A DNA stretch of 64,000 bases from NCBI RefSeq assembly GCF_006345805.1, contig NC_042998.1, positions 27,280,001-27,344,000 of the forward strand, written 5' to 3'. This document shows positions 62,039 to 64,000 of this stretch, piece after piece; the stretch's first letter is position 1; each line of letters starts with the position of its first letter. The stretch is from Octopus sinensis. Its lineage: Eukaryota. The notes beneath the pieces are model-generated. The model made no database searches, was not told the origin of the DNA, and worked only from the letters and a program-made list of their open reading frames with translations. The translations under genes and the position numbers were made by a program.

Positions 62039-64000
62039 TCTATCAGCAATTATGTTGTGAAATTAACGAGGTCACTGTACATCTCTATCAACGATGGATT
62101 TTTATGTTTTCTTTCTCGGTATTTGCCTTAAATTTTGTTCAGTGTATATAAACTTACATTGAAATGAAAATTCTAATTATGACATACCATAAATACATAA
62201 CAAAAACAGAAATGTTTTAATTCGTTTGTTGGTAATGAATATGCTGGTTGCTCTTTCCAGATAGTCATATGATACAATGTGGCTATCTCTCGATCAGTGA
62301 TAAAATGTATCTATCTCGGGATTTTTTTTCTTCTTTTACTCCTCCCACCCTCTCTCTCTCCCCCCTTGTCATTTAGTTCATTTGTTCTTTCTCAGTAGTA
62401 GCATGATTCATTATCACCCCCTCTCTCTCTCTCTCATTGCATTTCTCACTCTCTCTACTTTCCCTCAACATACTTCCTTTTCCCTCTTACTCTTCTTCTT
62501 TCTATTTTTGTTTACACACACACTCACACACACTTCGTGTTTTTGATTTTATTAACAAATAATATCACGGTCTTTAATTAATACAAATGATTTTAGTTAA
62601 CTGTCTTCGTATCTTCATGAAATAGATTATACCCCAGCACAGTTTGTTTCCTCTTTAACTTCACATACTTTGGTTGAAAGTTCTAGAACTATGGAAATAT
62701 AGTCCCGTGTGTTGAATTTATACAATTTCCAAAGACATACAACAAGTGAAATTATTCCAGCTGTTTACATTCTTTTACTTTATTGATGCACTGACCTAAT
62801 TTTATTCAACAGTACTTGAAGTTCCTTTAATAACTTCTTTGATAATTTTCCAGTATTCCTTAAAAAAAAAAAAAGATGGGTGGGGTGCGGTGAGCTGGCA
62901 GAACCTTCAACACACCAAATAAAATGTTTAGCACCATTTCTTCTGATTTTATGTTCAGCCTTTTGGGGGCCGAGAAAATAAGTACCAGTTGAACACTAGG
63001 GGTCGATGTAATTAACACACCCACCTCCCTTGAAATTTCTGGCTTTGTGCCAAAATTTCAAACCAGTATTCCTACTAAAACTTTTTGTCAACAGCTGGCA
63101 CCATAAAAGTTTTCAAAATAATCATTATTAAAAAAAATTTAATGCAGGAAGAGTGTAACATGTTCTGACAAACATATTTACCTTTTCCTCCATTTAATAA
63201 TCATTATTAAAGAATACAGTGCTCAGGTGCACCACAACTTGTCAAAAGTGCGTATAAAGCATATGCAGTAATGTACAAATGTCTGGAAAGTGAACAGTGT
63301 ATGAGTCCATTATATTTTTATAGTTAATAATTTCACAAACAATTCTGGATCTCTCTGATGCTTAATCCTGAATATTGAAGGCATTAGGAAAATGGTTCTC
63401 AACCATTTTTTTTTTACCTGTGGATCCCTAATTCCTATTTTACTCTACTGGACCCCCACAGACATTTGAAGCTTTAAAATGTCCTGTTATAGTATTAGGA
63501 ATTGTATATATATATATAAAGAAAAACCCTATTAAAGTGTTTTCAGTATTTTAGAAGTATAATTGTTTTATTTCACATTTTAAACAAATCTTATGTGGAC
63601 CACTGCATTGGAGGGATGAGAGATAAAATACCTTCTTGAATAGGATGCCAATCTGTTAACTTTCCCAGCCTTCCTTCCATGACCCACTCCCAATAACTAG
63701 AGGTAGTGAGAGAAATAAAATAAAGTATCCTGTGCAAAGACATGAAAGTTTTTGAACTCAACTCTGAAGTTATACTTCAGTTCTCTATTTACTTGGCCAA
63801 TTTCCCTTTAAAATTTTTAGAGTATTTCTGAAGTGTCTGTAGAAAAGCCACCAAGTGGAGAGTTGGAGCAAAATATTTTGACTTCTATCAATGAATTTCT
63901 CTTCAGGGTCCTCTTAACCCCTTTTGGTACCAACCCACCTGAGACTACCCTGGGTTCTATGAAATAAACCTACCAATTTTAAACTGGTCTAAATTATAAT

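Overview
AT-rich eukaryotic genomic DNA. From the repeat families (tRNA-headed SINEs with (TAAAAGAG)n or (ATG)n tails, TTAA-flanked MITEs, heavy microsatellite load) I infer an octopus or other coleoid cephalopod; this is recognition from memory, not a search result. One protein-coding gene is supported: four consecutive + strand internal exons (47780-47996, 55914-56144, 58667-58800, 60602-60746) of an ARID5B-like gene. They encode the C-terminal part of the BAH-like N-terminal region, a KGRPRK AT-hook/NLS-like motif and the start of the ARID domain. All four have canonical AG/GT sites and compatible phases, giving a stop-free 727-nt spliced frame that the ORF track only partly shows. I found neither the upstream exons nor the rest of the ARID domain, so bases 1-47779 are probably one long intron and the gene continues past the window end. 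The rest is intronic: several SINE families, piggyBac-like and hAT-like MITEs, two Helitron/Helentron-like elements, a decayed RTE-like fragment and large microsatellites, which generate most of the listed ORFs. The most unusual observations are: a ~270-bp foldback element with a minimal hammerhead-ribozyme-like motif in each arm, plus a second such motif at ~62 kb; inverted SINEs bracketing two exons (circRNA or A-to-I editing candidate); several near-perfect intronic hairpins; a chimeric MITE inside a tandem duplication; repeated SINE-in-SINE nesting; and a head-only SINE copy apparently templated from a neighbour. Repeat boundaries are approximate and read by eye.
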